Shown here: one piece after another, positions 18,695-29,863 of the stretch
How positions within the stretch are numbered: position 1 is the stretch's first letter
How the letters are laid out: every line of letters begins with the position of its first letter
From: Candidatus Woesearchaeota archaeon
GTDB lineage: Archaea; Nanobdellota; Nanobdellia; Pacearchaeales; GW2011-AR1
Reading direction: 5' to 3'
DNA length: 64,000 nt
NCBI GenBank assembly: GCA_964639615.1
Contig: CAZXHH010000002.1
Coordinates: forward strand, 8,290-72,289
Notes under the pieces: generated by a model
What the model saw: the letters and a program-made list of their open reading frames with translations, nothing else
Told to the model about the DNA's origin: nothing
Database searches by the model: none
Position numbers and translations under genes: made by a program

Positions 18695-20314
18695 TTACTC
18701 CAAAGAATTCATGAAATCCCCTCGTTCGCCAGCATAATTCATCTTACCTTTTTTATCAGGTCTTGCAGCAATAACATCATCAATTCTCAAAATCATATTT
18801 GCAACCTCAGTTGCTGAATGAATTTCCTGACTTTTTATGCTGTATGGTTCGATTATTTTGGCTTCGAGAACATTTGAGACCTTATTTGTAAATAGATTTA
18901 ACCCAGCATTTTTATCTCCTGAATCGTGTTTTGCTCTTAATTCTGTTAAAACATCTATTGGGTCTAAGCCTGCATTTTCGGCAAGAGTTAAAGGAATAAA
19001 TTCTAAAGCATTTGCAAATTCTTCAACTGCAAGTCTCTCTCTACCAGATAAAGTCTGTCCAAAGTTTTTCAATTTTTTAGATAATTCCATTTCAATAGCT
19101 CCACCACCGGGAACAACTAATCCAGATTTCAAGACACATGAAACATCACCTAATCCATCCCTTATTGCTCTTTCAATTTCATCCATTACATGCTCGCTTC
19201 CGCCATGAATTAAAATTGTAACGGCCTTAGGATTTTTGCACTCTTTAATATAAGTAAAGTTTTCATCTCCTCTCTTCACATGCTCTACAATTTCAGCTGA
19301 ACCCAATTCAAATTGAGTTAAATCATTCAAATTGCTTACAATTTTTCCTCCAGTTGCTTTAGCAATTTTTTGCATATCACTTCTTGCAACTCTCCTACAA
19401 ACATAAATACCATTTCTACTTAATAAAAATCCTGCAAAATCATCTACTCCTTTCTGACAGAAAACAACATTTGCACCAGATTCTTTTACTAAACTCACAA
19501 TTTCTTTAATTGAATTCTCTTCTTGCAAAATAAATTTCTGTAATTGTTCAGGTGATGAAATTGAAACTTCTGTTTTCAATTCTAATGTTTTAAGTTCTAA
19601 AGGAATATCAATTAAAGCTATTCTTGCATTTTTAACAACTTGGGGCATATCCTGTGAAAATTTTCCCTTATCTATAACAATACCTGAAATTAATTCTGTA
19701 TCACCAATTCCATCTCCTTTTGCTTTCTCAATTTTTATACTCTCCAAATCAACATTTCCATTTTCCTGAATCTGTTTAACAGCCTGAACAAGAATAGTAG
19801 AAAGCTTTTCTTTTGAATCTTCAGCACTTTTTCCAGTCATAGCAGTCATTGCTATCTGCTTTAGTACAAAATCATCATCAAATCCAACTTTCATTGCTAA
19901 ATCTTTCAAAATATCCTGTGCTTTTTCAGCAGCAATCCTATATCCTTTTGCAATAACTGTTGGATGAATCTTACTATCAAGAAGTTTTTCAGCATTTTCA
20001 AGAAGTCTTCCTGCAATCATAACTGCTGAAGTTGTACCATCTCCTACTTCAGATTCCTGAGTTTTAGCAATCTCAACCATCATCTTTGCAGCAGGATGTT
20101 CAATTAACATCTCACTTAAGATTGTTGCGCCATCATTTGTAATTATAATATCATTTGTAGGAGAAACAAGCATTTTATCCATTCCTCTAGGACCGAGAGT
20201 TGTCTTAACAACCTCTGCAACCATTTTTGCTGCAGAAATATTATTTCTTTGAGCATCTTTTCCAATTAATCTTTGTATATCTTCTGGCATCAAAGTGATT
20301 GGTTTATCTGTCAT
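18695..20314 (-). CDS. ths: Thermosome subunit (group II chaperonin)
   Basis: [16 protein letters not shown] and VPGGGA motifs. 539 aa. Confidence 0.95.
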   Translation of the reverse strand: MTDKPITLMPEDIQRLIGKDAQRNNISAAKMVAEVVKTTLGPRGMDKMLVSPTNDIIITNDGATILSEMLIEHPAAKMMVEIAKTQESEVGDGTTSAVMIAGRLLENAEKLLDSKIHPTVIAKGYRIAAEKAQDILKDLAMKVGFDDDFVLKQIAMTAMTGKSAEDSKEKLSTILVQAVKQIQENGNVDLESIKIEKAKGDGIGDTELISGIVIDKGKFSQDMPQVVKNARIALIDIPLELKTLELKTEVSISSPEQLQKFILQEENSIKEIVSLVKESGANVVFCQKGVDDFAGFLLSRNGIYVCRRVARSDMQKIAKATGGKIVSNLNDLTQFELGSAEIVEHVKRGDENFTYIKECKNPKAVTILIHGGSEHVMDEIERAIRDGLGDVSCVLKSGLVVPGGGAIEMELSKKLKNFGQTLSGRERLAVEEFANALEFIPLTLAENAGLDPIDVLTELRAKHDSGDKNAGLNLFTNKVSNVLEAKIIEPYSIKSQEIHSATEVANMILRIDDVIAARPDKKGKMNYAGERGDFMNSLE

Positions 20315-20315
20315 T

Positions 20316-20597
20316 TTATTTTTTATAATTATCTTCGCTTGTTTTAAGTATTTTTCCTATAAGATTAGCATCCACTTTATCACTAAGTTCAACTCTTCTC
20401 AAAAACCCAAAACATTTTTTTGAGGAAATTTTAACTGCTCGAGTTTTTTCAAGGTCAAGATAAAAGATTATAGATTTTTGGGAAAAAAATCCCTCTTCTC
20501 CTTCAACTCCTGTTGATTGCTGATATAACAATTGAACTGCTCTGTCATATGCATTGTTCAAAATATAAAATTTTGTTTTGTATTCTAACTCTCCCAT
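20316..20597 (-). CDS. Hypothetical protein (93 aa) coupled upstream of the thermosome
   Basis: ORF ending 1 nt before the thermosome start. Confidence 0.4.
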   Translation of the reverse strand: MGELEYKTKFYILNNAYDRAVQLLYQQSTGVEGEEGFFSQKSIIFYLDLEKTRAVKISSKKCFGFLRRVELSDKVDANLIGKILKTSEDNYKK

Positions 20598-20669
20598 ATA
20601 ATCCTATTCAAAAATCTTTTATTTAAGCATTGTTGTTCTAAAAACCAATATTGTAAAATAATATATTCC

Positions 20670-21287
20670 TTGAGTAGTAACCAATCTTTAAAAGCAACAG
20701 AGAATTATAAAATTATGAACAAGATACTCGTCTCAGACATTATGACGCGAGAACCTTTAGTCATAAACCCTGAAGCAACCCTTCTGGAATGTGCTAAAAG
20801 AATGGTTCAAAAAAAAACAGGAAGTCTTCTATTAGTCAATTCTAAGAAACTAATCGGAATAATATCTACAAGCGATATTCTATGGGCACTAGTTAAACAA
20901 TCAAAAGAAGAACTATCAAAAATACGCGCAATAGACATTTCACCAAGAAAGATAGCAGTCATTCGCCCTTCTGCAACTCTTGATGAAGCAATAAAAAAGA
21001 TGAAAGATTCAAAATTTGAAAGATTGCCTGTAGTGGAAAACAATGAATTAGTAGGAATTATTACAATTAGAGATATTTTAAGCTTTAATCCAGAAGTTTA
21101 TCCTGAATTGGAAGAATTTGCAGGAATAAGAGAAGAATCAAAAAAATTAAAGTTAGTTCAAAAAGCTAAAGAAAGGAATTTTGAAGAATTATCAAGTCAA
21201 GAAGGAATATGTGAAGAGTGCGGAAATCATGAAATTTTGTATAGGCATGAAGGCATGCTTTTATGTGAATCCTGCAGAGATTCTTAA
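20670..21287 (+). CDS. CBS-pair domain protein with C-terminal Cys4 zinc ribbon
   Basis: Two CBS motifs (VSDIMTREP..., ERLPVVENNELVGIITIRDIL) and the tail CEECGNHE...CESC. Confidence 0.7.
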   Translation: MSSNQSLKATENYKIMNKILVSDIMTREPLVINPEATLLECAKRMVQKKTGSLLLVNSKKLIGIISTSDILWALVKQSKEELSKIRAIDISPRKIAVIRPSATLDEAIKKMKDSKFERLPVVENNELVGIITIRDILSFNPEVYPELEEFAGIREESKKLKLVQKAKERNFEELSSQEGICEECGNHEILYRHEGMLLCESCRDS

Positions 21288-21425
21288 TAAAAAATTTATC
21301 ATTATTTTACTCATTTTTCAGCCAATTTTTAATTTTATCGACGACAAAACTCCAGAAAGGTTTATAAAAGGACTTTGCTTTTCTATCTCATAATCACAAA
21401 AAAATAGGTCAATCTTAAGGTAAAA

Positions 21426-23312
21426 ATGCCAGAAAAAAGTTATACAGCTGAAGATATTAAAGTATTGGAAGGCTTAGAAGGAGTCAGAAAAAGGCCTGCA
21501 ATGTATATTGGTTCTACAGGTAAAGATGGTTTACACCATCTAGTTTATGAGGTAGTAGACAACTCCGTTGATGAAGCTCTAGGAGGATTTTGTTCAAAAA
21601 TAACAGTCACACTAAATAAAGACGGTTCAGTTACAGTGGATGATGATGGAAGAGGTATTCCAGTAGACATTCATCCCCAATTAAAAATTCCTGCTGTTCA
21701 AGTTGCACTTACAAAATTGCATGCAGGGGGAAAATTTGATAAAAAATCTTATCAGATTTCTGGAGGTTTACACGGAGTAGGTGTTTCTTGTGTAAATGCT
21801 CTATCAAAAAAATTTATTGTTGAAGTAAAAAGAGATGGAAAAATACACCAGCAAGAATATTCGAGAGGGGATCCTCAAACAAAATTAAAAGTAATCGGAA
21901 ATTCTGAAAAGACTGGAACAAAAATTACATTCTGGCCAGATGAACAAATATTCTCAACAACAACTTTTGATTTCAAAGTTCTTGAAACAAGATTTAGGGA
22001 AATAACTTTCTTAAATGCAGGATTAAAAATTGAATTAATAGATAATATGAAGGAAACAAGTCAGGAATTTTTCTCTTCAGGAGGATTAATTGAGTTCGTA
22101 AAATGGATAAACAAATCAAAAGAGGTTCTACACAAACCAATTTACTTCAAAAGAGAGATGGAAAATGGGGCAATTGAAATTTCAATTCAGTATAATTCAA
22201 GCTATCAAGATAATATTTTTGGTTTTGTAAATACAATTAACACTGTTGAAGGTGGAACTCATATCTCTGGTTTCAAGACAGCACTAACAAGAGTAATTAA
22301 TGATTATGCAAAGAAAAAAGAATTGTTAAAAAACGATACTTTTTCTGGAGACGATGTAAGAGAAGGTTTAACAGCAATAGTAAGTGTAAAACTTGCAGAA
22401 CCCCAATTTGAAGGACAAACTAAAACAAAATTAGGTAATTCTGAAATTAAAGGATTTGTTGATTCAATTGTAACCTCTGCACTAACAGAATATTTTGAAG
22501 AAAATCCTCAGATAGCAAAAAAAATTGCTGAAAAATCTTTAGAAGCTGCTAAAGCTAGACTTGCTGCAAAAAAAGCTAAAGAATTAGTAAGAAGAAAAAA
22601 TGCATTCTCACTTGGAGGATTACCTGGAAAACTTGCAGATTGCTCTGATAAAAAATCAGAAGATACAGAATTATATTTAGTAGAAGGGGAATCAGCTGGA
22701 GGCAGTGCAAAAATGGCAAGAAACAAAGAAATGCAAGCTATTCTTCCTCTTAGAGGTAAAATCCTTAATGTTGAAAAAGCAAATCCATCAAAAGCTCTTT
22801 CAAGTGAAGAAATTACAAATATGATTACAGTTATAGGAACTGGAGTTGGAGAACAATTTGATTCTGAAAAAATAAGATATGGAAAAATAGTAATGATGAC
22901 TGATGCTGATGTAGATGGAGAACACATCAAAACTCTTTTATTGACTTTCTTTTTCAGATTTATGCCACAGCTAATAGAAAAAGGACACATTTATGCTGCT
23001 ATGCCTCCATTATATAGAATAAGAAAAGGCCAAAAAGATATTTATGTTTACAGTGATGAAGAATTAAAAAAAACTACTGCTGAATTAGGGGTTACTGAAG
23101 GGGGAGTTACACGTTTCAAAGGTTTAGGAGAGATGAATTCTACTCAGCTATGGGAAACTACTATGAATCCTAAAACAAGAAAGATTAAGAGAATATTTAT
23201 TGAAGATGCAATTGAAGCAGACAGAATGTTTGCAATGTTAATGGGAGACGATGTCCAAGCAAGAAAAGATTTTATTCAAGAAAATGCAAAGGAAGCTAAT
23301 TTAGATGTTTAA
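21426..23312 (+). CDS. gyrB: DNA gyrase subunit B
   Basis: GHKL ATPase motifs (HHLVYEVVDNSVDEA, GLHGVGVS), the Toprim motif EGESAGGSAK and the C-terminal gyrB tail. Confidence 0.95.
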   Translation: MPEKSYTAEDIKVLEGLEGVRKRPAMYIGSTGKDGLHHLVYEVVDNSVDEALGGFCSKITVTLNKDGSVTVDDDGRGIPVDIHPQLKIPAVQVALTKLHAGGKFDKKSYQISGGLHGVGVSCVNALSKKFIVEVKRDGKIHQQEYSRGDPQTKLKVIGNSEKTGTKITFWPDEQIFSTTTFDFKVLETRFREITFLNAGLKIELIDNMKETSQEFFSSGGLIEFVKWINKSKEVLHKPIYFKREMENGAIEISIQYNSSYQDNIFGFVNTINTVEGGTHISGFKTALTRVINDYAKKKELLKNDTFSGDDVREGLTAIVSVKLAEPQFEGQTKTKLGNSEIKGFVDSIVTSALTEYFEENPQIAKKIAEKSLEAAKARLAAKKAKELVRRKNAFSLGGLPGKLADCSDKKSEDTELYLVEGESAGGSAKMARNKEMQAILPLRGKILNVEKANPSKALSSEEITNMITVIGTGVGEQFDSEKIRYGKIVMMTDADVDGEHIKTLLLTFFFRFMPQLIEKGHIYAAMPPLYRIRKGQKDIYVYSDEELKKTTAELGVTEGGVTRFKGLGEMNSTQLWETTMNPKTRKIKRIFIEDAIEADRMFAMLMGDDVQARKDFIQENAKEANLDV

Positions 23313-23898
23313 AATGTTACCAGAAAGTTTTTTTGAAAAATTGAAAGAGAAAGTAAAAAAAGAAGTTGGAGAAAAAGGAAGTCATGACATGGGTCATATT
23401 GAAAGAGTTTACAAATTATCAATTTTAATTTCTAAAGATTTAAACGTAGATATGGATGTGATAAGAGCAGCTGCACTTTTCCATGACATTGCAAAACATA
23501 AAGAAAAGAAAAAAAAGAAGGATCATGCAATGATGGGTGCAAAAGAAGCACTAAAAATTTTGAAAAGAACTGAATTCCCAAAAGAAAAACTAAAGATAGT
23601 AGAAAAATGCATTTTACTTCATAATAAATCTGAAGACATTCCAGAATTAAAAGAAGTTAGAGTATTAAAAGAAGCAGACGGATTAGAATCTATGGGAGCA
23701 ATAGGCATTGCAAGACATTTTGCATATAATGGGGATGAAGAAGATTGGAATAATTCAAACGTGTTAAATGAACTAACAAGAAACTTAAACTTAAATTACT
23801 TTAAGTTACCTATAGCAAAAGAATATGCACAAAGAAGAATTGCAATTACACAATCTTTTTGCACTGAATTTAAGAAGGAGTTTAATTTAACAATATAA
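23305..23898 (+). CDS. HD-domain phosphohydrolase
   Basis: H...HD motif (GHIERV..., AALFHDIAKH). Overlaps the gyrB stop by 8 nt. Confidence 0.7.
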   Translation: MFKMLPESFFEKLKEKVKKEVGEKGSHDMGHIERVYKLSILISKDLNVDMDVIRAAALFHDIAKHKEKKKKKDHAMMGAKEALKILKRTEFPKEKLKIVEKCILLHNKSEDIPELKEVRVLKEADGLESMGAIGIARHFAYNGDEEDWNNSNVLNELTRNLNLNYFKLPIAKEYAQRRIAITQSFCTEFKKEFNLTI

Positions 23899-23899
23899 A

Positions 23900-24223
23900 A
23901 TGGCAAAAAAAGGAAAATTATCAACACCAGAATGGATTTTAGAAGGTTATGATAGCCCAGCAGAATATGCAAAAGCACATGGTGAAAAAGCTCCAGCTGA
24001 AAAAGAAAAAGGAAAAACATTCAAAATAAAGATATGTCCAAAATGTGGAAGTTACGATGTTGCAATTAAATTAAGCAATATGGACTTTGAAGAAGAAAGC
24101 AATACAGGAAAGCAGTGGGAATGTAAAAAATGCAAATGGGTTGGAGAAACTGTAAAAGAAAAGGCACTTAGTGAAGATGATTTCATGAAATATTTAGATG
24201 AAAAAGGGGAGGAAGTTGCATAA
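23900..24223 (+). CDS. Cys4 zinc-ribbon protein (107 aa)
   Basis: CPKCGSY...CKKCKW. Starts 2 nt after the HD gene's stop. Confidence 0.5.
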   Translation: MAKKGKLSTPEWILEGYDSPAEYAKAHGEKAPAEKEKGKTFKIKICPKCGSYDVAIKLSNMDFEEESNTGKQWECKKCKWVGETVKEKALSEDDFMKYLDEKGEEVA

Positions 24224-24528
24224 TGCCAAAAGCACCAATAGAATTTGAATATGTAGATGATGATTCTGATGATGAAGAATTAGAGGAAGATGAAAACGAA
24301 GAATCAGATGTAGAAGTAGAAACAACTTCAGAAGAATACGAACAAATTGAATTTTCTATATCAGATGAAGAAATTGATGAATGGATAAATGAGTTAAAGA
24401 AATTAAAAAGAGAAAAAGAGCCTGTTCACTTACATGTTGGAGAAGATTTAGTATTAAAAATAGATTATTTTGACGAAGATGAAGAATCTGATGATGAGGA
24501 AGAAGACGAAGAGGAGGATGAAGATTAA
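24223..24528 (+). CDS. Extremely acidic protein (101 aa, about half D/E)
   Basis: Its start overlaps the previous stop (ATAATG). It ends 1 nt before the gyrA ATG. Contains long D/E runs. Confidence 0.5.
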   Translation: MPKAPIEFEYVDDDSDDEELEEDENEESDVEVETTSEEYEQIEFSISDEEIDEWINELKKLKREKEPVHLHVGEDLVLKIDYFDEDEESDDEEEDEEEDED

Positions 24529-26967
24529 ATGACACCAAATATTGACCCAAAAGTTGAAGAAGATTTGAAAAAAGGAATTATCCCAACAGAAGTTTCTGAA
24601 GAAATGAAAAAATCTTATCTTGATTATGCAATGAGTGTTATTGTTTCAAGAGCTATTCCTGCAATTGAAGATGGTATGAAACCAGTTCAAAGAAGAATTT
24701 TGTATTCGATGCATCAAATGGGATTAAAACCAAATACTCCTACAAAAAAATCAGCAAGAATTGTCGGAGATGTTATTGGTAAATACCACCCTCACGGAGA
24801 TGTTGCAGTTTATGATGCAATGGTAAGAATGGCTCAAGATTTCTCTTTAAGATATCCTTTAGTTTATGGTCAGGGTAACTTTGGTTCAATAGATGGAGAC
24901 CCTCCAGCTGCTTACAGATATACAGAAGCTAAGCTAATGCCAATTACTCAAGAGTTAATTGAAGATTTAGAAAAAGAAACAGTTGACTTTGTTCCTAATT
25001 TTGATAATTCATTAAAAGAACCTGAATTACTTCCAGGAAAACTTCCTGCATTAATGTTAAACGGTGCATCGGGTATAGCTGTAGGTATGGCAACAAATAT
25101 TCCCCCACATAATCTTGTAGAAGTATGTGATGCAATTAATGCTTATATAAAAAATCCAGAAATAACATTCGAACAAATAGTTGAAATAATTACTGGCCCA
25201 GATTTTCCAACTGGGGGAAGTGTTCAAGGAGACATGCTTGAATTGTATAAAACTGGAAGAGGAAGATTGGTAATGAGAGGTAAAACCTCTACTGAAACAG
25301 TAAAGAACAGAGAAGCTGTTGTTATAACTGAAATTCCATATATGTTAAATAAATCTATGTTAGTTGAACAGATTGCACAATTAGTTTCTGAAAAGAAGAT
25401 AAAAGATGTTTCCGATTTAAGAGATGAATCTTCTAAAGGAAAAACAAGAATTGTTCTTGAATTAAAAAAAGAAGGAGATCCTAAATTCATAATCAATTCA
25501 TTATACAAATACACAAGACTTCAGGATTCTTTCAATGTTAATTTTTTAGCTCTAGAAAATGGAAGTCCTAAAGTAATGAATATCAAAGAAGTTCTTGATG
25601 CTTATGTAAGATACAGAAAAACAATTATTACAAAGAGAACTAAATTTGAATTAAAGAAAGCAAAAGAAAGACAAGAAATTGTTGAAGGATTATTAATTGC
25701 ATTGAAAGACATTGACGGAGTTATTAATTTAATTAAAAAATCAAAGACTGCTGCTGAAGCTTCAGAAGCATTGATGAATAAGTACAAATTATCAAAAAAA
25801 CAGACTCAAGCAATTCTAGAAACTAAATTACAGCAATTAACTTCACTAGAAGTTGAAAAATTAAAGAATGAAGCAATTGAATTAAAAGAAAAAATAAAGG
25901 AACTTGAGATAATTCTTGGAGATATTAAAGAAGTTCTTAAGATAATTACAAAAGAAGTAAACGAAATAAAGAAGGAATATGGTGATGAAAGAAAAACTCA
26001 AATATTAAAGAGCATTAAAGAAATTAAAGAAAAGGACTTGATACAGGAAAAAGATGTAGTAATTACAATAACTGATAAAGGTTATTGTAAAAGAATGGAT
26101 GTTCAGGCTTACAAAGAACAAAATAGAGGGGGAAGAGGAGTAATTGGAAGTGATTTGGCTACAGGAGACTTTGTAAATCAATTAATAACTTGCTCAACAC
26201 ACGATTATCTAATGTTCTTCACAAGCAGAGGAAGAGTTTTATGGCTTAAAGCATACGACATTCCTGTTGCAGAAAGATACAGTAAAGGAAAAGCATTAAT
26301 CAATTTACTTGGATTAAAAGATGAAAAGATAACAAATGTAATTTCAGTTAAGAATTTTGAAGATGGATTATTCATGGCAACAAAGAAAGGAGTTGTCAAG
26401 AAAACGCCTTTAAGCAACTTCTCTAATCCAAGAGCATCTGGAATAAGAGCACTTAATTTACCAAATGATAATTCGGACTTCTTAATTGGAGTTGAAGTAG
26501 TAAAGAAAGGACAAGAAGTTCTTTTGGCTACAAAGCACGGTAAAGCAATTAGATTCAATTCAGATGATGTAAGAGATATGGGAAGATCAAGTTATGGTGT
26601 TACAGGGATGAAATTAGATGCAGGAGATGAAGTTGTAAGCCTTGAAATTTTAGATACTCCAGCAATTTTAACAATAACTGAAAAAGGATACGGTAAAAGA
26701 ACTGAAGTTCAGGATTACAGAAAAACAGCAAGAGCAGGTAAAGGAGTAATTAATGTAAAGATAGGAGATAAAACAGGAAATGTTGTTACAACTGTTTCAG
26801 TTAATGATAAGGACAATATAATTATTACAACAGCTAAGGGAATGGTAATAAGAACTTCTCTTGAAAGTATTAGAGTAATGGGACGTTCAGCACAGGGAGT
26901 TAGAATTGTAAAGCTCCATGAAGGAGATTACGTAACAGATTTAGTAAGAGTAGTTGAAGAGATTTAA
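24529..26967 (+). CDS. gyrA: DNA gyrase subunit A
   Basis: Context around the catalytic Tyr ([10 protein letters not shown]), the GyrA box-like region and C-terminal beta-pinwheel repeats. 812 aa. Confidence 0.95.
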   Translation: MTPNIDPKVEEDLKKGIIPTEVSEEMKKSYLDYAMSVIVSRAIPAIEDGMKPVQRRILYSMHQMGLKPNTPTKKSARIVGDVIGKYHPHGDVAVYDAMVRMAQDFSLRYPLVYGQGNFGSIDGDPPAAYRYTEAKLMPITQELIEDLEKETVDFVPNFDNSLKEPELLPGKLPALMLNGASGIAVGMATNIPPHNLVEVCDAINAYIKNPEITFEQIVEIITGPDFPTGGSVQGDMLELYKTGRGRLVMRGKTSTETVKNREAVVITEIPYMLNKSMLVEQIAQLVSEKKIKDVSDLRDESSKGKTRIVLELKKEGDPKFIINSLYKYTRLQDSFNVNFLALENGSPKVMNIKEVLDAYVRYRKTIITKRTKFELKKAKERQEIVEGLLIALKDIDGVINLIKKSKTAAEASEALMNKYKLSKKQTQAILETKLQQLTSLEVEKLKNEAIELKEKIKELEIILGDIKEVLKIITKEVNEIKKEYGDERKTQILKSIKEIKEKDLIQEKDVVITITDKGYCKRMDVQAYKEQNRGGRGVIGSDLATGDFVNQLITCSTHDYLMFFTSRGRVLWLKAYDIPVAERYSKGKALINLLGLKDEKITNVISVKNFEDGLFMATKKGVVKKTPLSNFSNPRASGIRALNLPNDNSDFLIGVEVVKKGQEVLLATKHGKAIRFNSDDVRDMGRSSYGVTGMKLDAGDEVVSLEILDTPAILTITEKGYGKRTEVQDYRKTARAGKGVINVKIGDKTGNVVTTVSVNDKDNIIITTAKGMVIRTSLESIRVMGRSAQGVRIVKLHEGDYVTDLVRVVEEI

Positions 26968-26994
26968 AAATAAGAATTAGAAAAATTATTATAA

Positions 26995-28908
26995 TTAGAT
27001 ATCTATTTTTTCATCTTCTAACTTTTTTAAAATGTACTTATGAAGACCTTCTTTTTTCACAGCACCAACATCAATAAGATGTTTTAATCCAAATTTCCAA
27101 CCTTCATTTTTTATTTTTAATTCTCTTACTTTATTCTTGTGTACAGCCCACTCCAAGTCAATTAAATTCCACATTTCATTATTTAATTTATTGCCATCTA
27201 TATGATGTATTTCATTTTTCTTTGGGGTATCTGGAAATTTTTCTAAGTATAATTTTCTATGATAAGCTTTATCAGAATTATTCCAAACAATATAACCATC
27301 ATTATTTATATGTGCTCTTCCTTCTCCACAATAATTTTTTATTGCTAACTCCTCATTTCTTTTTTGTTCTCTTTCAATCTCATCATTTATTTGCTTTAAA
27401 GAATCTGCTTCATCTTTTCTCTTTTTTAATTCTTCAATTTCTATATTCTTTTCTATGATTAATCTATGAAATTTATCTTCATCAATCAAAAAAGCATTCT
27501 CTAAATCTCTTATTCTATCTTGATATTCATCCTTCCTCTTTTCTATTTCTTTATTAATCCTAATCTCTGCTTCTTTATTTGCTTTCTTTTTTTTGTCTTC
27601 TAACTTTTTAATTTCAAGATTTTCTTTTTCTTTCAATTTTTCTAAGTGTATATCAAACTCTTTTTGTTTATCAGAAAAATTCTTTTTTAAACGTTCTTTC
27701 ATCTTCTTTAAATTATTAATTTCTTCTGAGTTTTCTTTTATCTCATTGTTCAAGCTTTCCTTCTCTTTTTTTGCTTCATCCCTCTTTTTTTCTTCACCTT
27801 TCCTTTCTTCAATTGTTGTCCACAACTTATACTTTCCAAAATATAATAGACTAATTAAAAAAATAATAAAAACAAAAACCCAAAAGTAAGTCATTTGTTT
27901 AATACTTGGTTTACAAACTCCCTCTTTTCCTCTCCCAGTCTTACACTCTTGAATACAAAAATATTCTTGCCCTGCTTTCTTCGAAGAAACATTTCTACAT
28001 ATTCCTTCACAAGGCATTGTTCCATTAACGCACTCCCAATTACAAGAATAAGGTTGCCCATCATTTTTAATTGAAGGAAGTAAACAAGAATTATTGCATA
28101 TTTGTTCTCCATTTAAACAACTACCATTCCAATCTCCACAAATTCGTGCAGGATTACAATCTCCAAAAGCACAATCATCATCTATTGAGCAAGGCAAACC
28201 ATTTTTTAGAGCACATACCCCGAAAACATTTTTATAACCAGTACTACATTCTTCAATCCTACATATAGGAGTCTCTCCTAAATTTTTTGAATTTACAATA
28301 ACGCACCTAGTATTATCTGGACATTGAAGTTCATTTTGAGGACAATTACAATTATTCTTATAGCATTTATCTGTTTTTGAACAATTACCTCTTACACAGT
28401 GTTCTCCCCCACATTGCAATGAATCATTACAAGCTTCACCATCATTTAGACAAGTATAATTTCCACATATCTTACAAGTATAATTGTCAATACTAGTCAA
28501 TTCTTTTTTAGCTTCCAAAAATGGAGGGCTATTGACAACAAAATAAATGCTTGATGAATCTAGTCCAGGAGTTGAAGTATCTGAAACAGTACAATATCCA
28601 TTTGGAGAGATAATCGGACAATCAAAAGAATGAAGTGCCCCATAAAATAAATATTTTACAGTTACATTAATATCTAAAGTATATCTGTTGTATACTTTGA
28701 AAGACATAGGATTTGAACTAAAAAAACCAGTACTCCCTTGAATAATATCTCTAATTTCTAAAGCATCATAATCTAGTTTTGAATTATTTTCATAAAAAAG
28801 ATTTCTATATTCTTCATATTGATTATTATCTTTATACTGACAATCCAAAGAATATACCGAATTACATAAAATTATAGAAAAGAATAAAAGAAATGCCCAT
28901 TTCTTCAT
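26995..28908 (-). CDS. Single-pass membrane protein: signal peptide, Cys-rich glycosylated ectodomain, TM, long cytoplasmic coiled coil, C-terminal HNH nuclease domain
   Basis: Signal peptide MKKWAFLLFFSIILCNSVYS. About 60 Cys residues in CxC/CxxC arrays with many N-x-S/T sequons. TM helix YFWVFVFIIFLISLLYF followed by a basic stretch. ~170 aa K/E heptad region. C-terminal motif EIHHIDGNKLNNEMWNLIDLEWAVH (HNH). Confidence 0.6.
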   Translation of the reverse strand: MKKWAFLLFFSIILCNSVYSLDCQYKDNNQYEEYRNLFYENNSKLDYDALEIRDIIQGSTGFFSSNPMSFKVYNRYTLDINVTVKYLFYGALHSFDCPIISPNGYCTVSDTSTPGLDSSSIYFVVNSPPFLEAKKELTSIDNYTCKICGNYTCLNDGEACNDSLQCGGEHCVRGNCSKTDKCYKNNCNCPQNELQCPDNTRCVIVNSKNLGETPICRIEECSTGYKNVFGVCALKNGLPCSIDDDCAFGDCNPARICGDWNGSCLNGEQICNNSCLLPSIKNDGQPYSCNWECVNGTMPCEGICRNVSSKKAGQEYFCIQECKTGRGKEGVCKPSIKQMTYFWVFVFIIFLISLLYFGKYKLWTTIEERKGEEKKRDEAKKEKESLNNEIKENSEEINNLKKMKERLKKNFSDKQKEFDIHLEKLKEKENLEIKKLEDKKKKANKEAEIRINKEIEKRKDEYQDRIRDLENAFLIDEDKFHRLIIEKNIEIEELKKRKDEADSLKQINDEIEREQKRNEELAIKNYCGEGRAHINNDGYIVWNNSDKAYHRKLYLEKFPDTPKKNEIHHIDGNKLNNEMWNLIDLEWAVHKNKVRELKIKNEGWKFGLKHLIDVGAVKKEGLHKYILKKLEDEKIDI

Positions 28909-28946
28909 AAAATTTAATGATATTAAAGCCTTTAAATTTAACTATC

Positions 28947-29213
28947 TCACAAATTTCTCGATTTCATATACGCCTTGAAAGCTTCCTTATTCTCTTTATC
29001 TTTTTCATCAATATCTTTCTTAACATGTTTATACTTGGATTTCAAAGTTTTATATCTTGTATATTGAGCTAATGAACCAAGATAATCTCTTTTCTTATTA
29101 ACATATCCGTAAACTTTTTGTCCTTGTATATCAAAAGGGGCATTCCCTTCAAATGTTTCTGCTAATTTTTCAAGTTCTCCAAGTTCTACATTTTTTTCAG
29201 ACGTATTTCGCAT
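28947..29213 (-). CDS. Hypothetical protein (88 aa) immediately upstream of the HNH-membrane gene
   Basis: ORF 38 nt upstream on the same strand. Confidence 0.4.
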   Translation of the reverse strand: MRNTSEKNVELGELEKLAETFEGNAPFDIQGQKVYGYVNKKRDYLGSLAQYTRYKTLKSKYKHVKKDIDEKDKENKEAFKAYMKSRNL

Positions 29214-29477
29214 TCTACTAAAAGTTATTGATGTTTTTTAAAAATTTTGTATATTTCTGTTGCACTATCTTATCAAACTAAGAGCTTTAGCTTTTTCCAT
29301 CCTATGATGGTGCCTTCTTTTCTGTCTTTGTATTTCAGATACAATCCAAATAACAAGAAATATTACTAAACCTGATAAAAGAATTGCAATGTAAGAAAGT
29401 GCATTCAAATGAATTCCTAAATAATCTACCATCTCAAATAAATAAAATTTACCTTTTTATTAATTATTATACTGTAA

Positions 29478-29675
29478 TTATTCCTTTTCTTTATATACAG
29501 AAAAAGCATATTTTTTATCTTCAGGAGAGTATTTTAAATGAATAAGATAGTTTTCTTTAACATCTTTTAGATTGAGATTATCCAAATTTATACTTCCTTG
29601 AAAATTCCCTCCAACATGCCCCTCAGCTACAGCACGCTCAAGTTCAAATTTTTTTAACAATTTATTCTTCTTCAT
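29478..29675 (-). CDS. Hypothetical protein (65 aa)
   Basis: ORF only. Confidence 0.3.
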   Translation of the reverse strand: MKKNKLLKKFELERAVAEGHVGGNFQGSINLDNLNLKDVKENYLIHLKYSPEDKKYAFSVYKEKE

Positions 29676-29863
29676 AGACTAAAAAATAAAAATTCATTTT
29701 TAAAAATTATTGTGCAAAAAGTAATCTATTAGCGTTAAGCATTAATCAATGCCAAAATAGTTGCAACTAAAATTAAAACAAACAATAAACGAAAAAGAAC
29801 TTTCTTATCTACCTCTCTCTTCATAAACATAAAAAGAAAATATCATTTATAAATTTATTTTTA

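Noticed and set aside
21181-21393. 70 aa plus-strand ORF overlapping the 3' end of the CBS-domain gene.
   Set aside because: It is in a different frame overlapping a supported gene and has no motifs.
29253-29441. Small hydrophobic minus-strand ORFs (about 50 aa at 29253-29441 and about 31 aa at 29745-29828).
   Set aside because: They are plausible small membrane peptides, but they are indistinguishable from chance hydrophobic ORFs in AT-rich DNA, so I did not list them as features.
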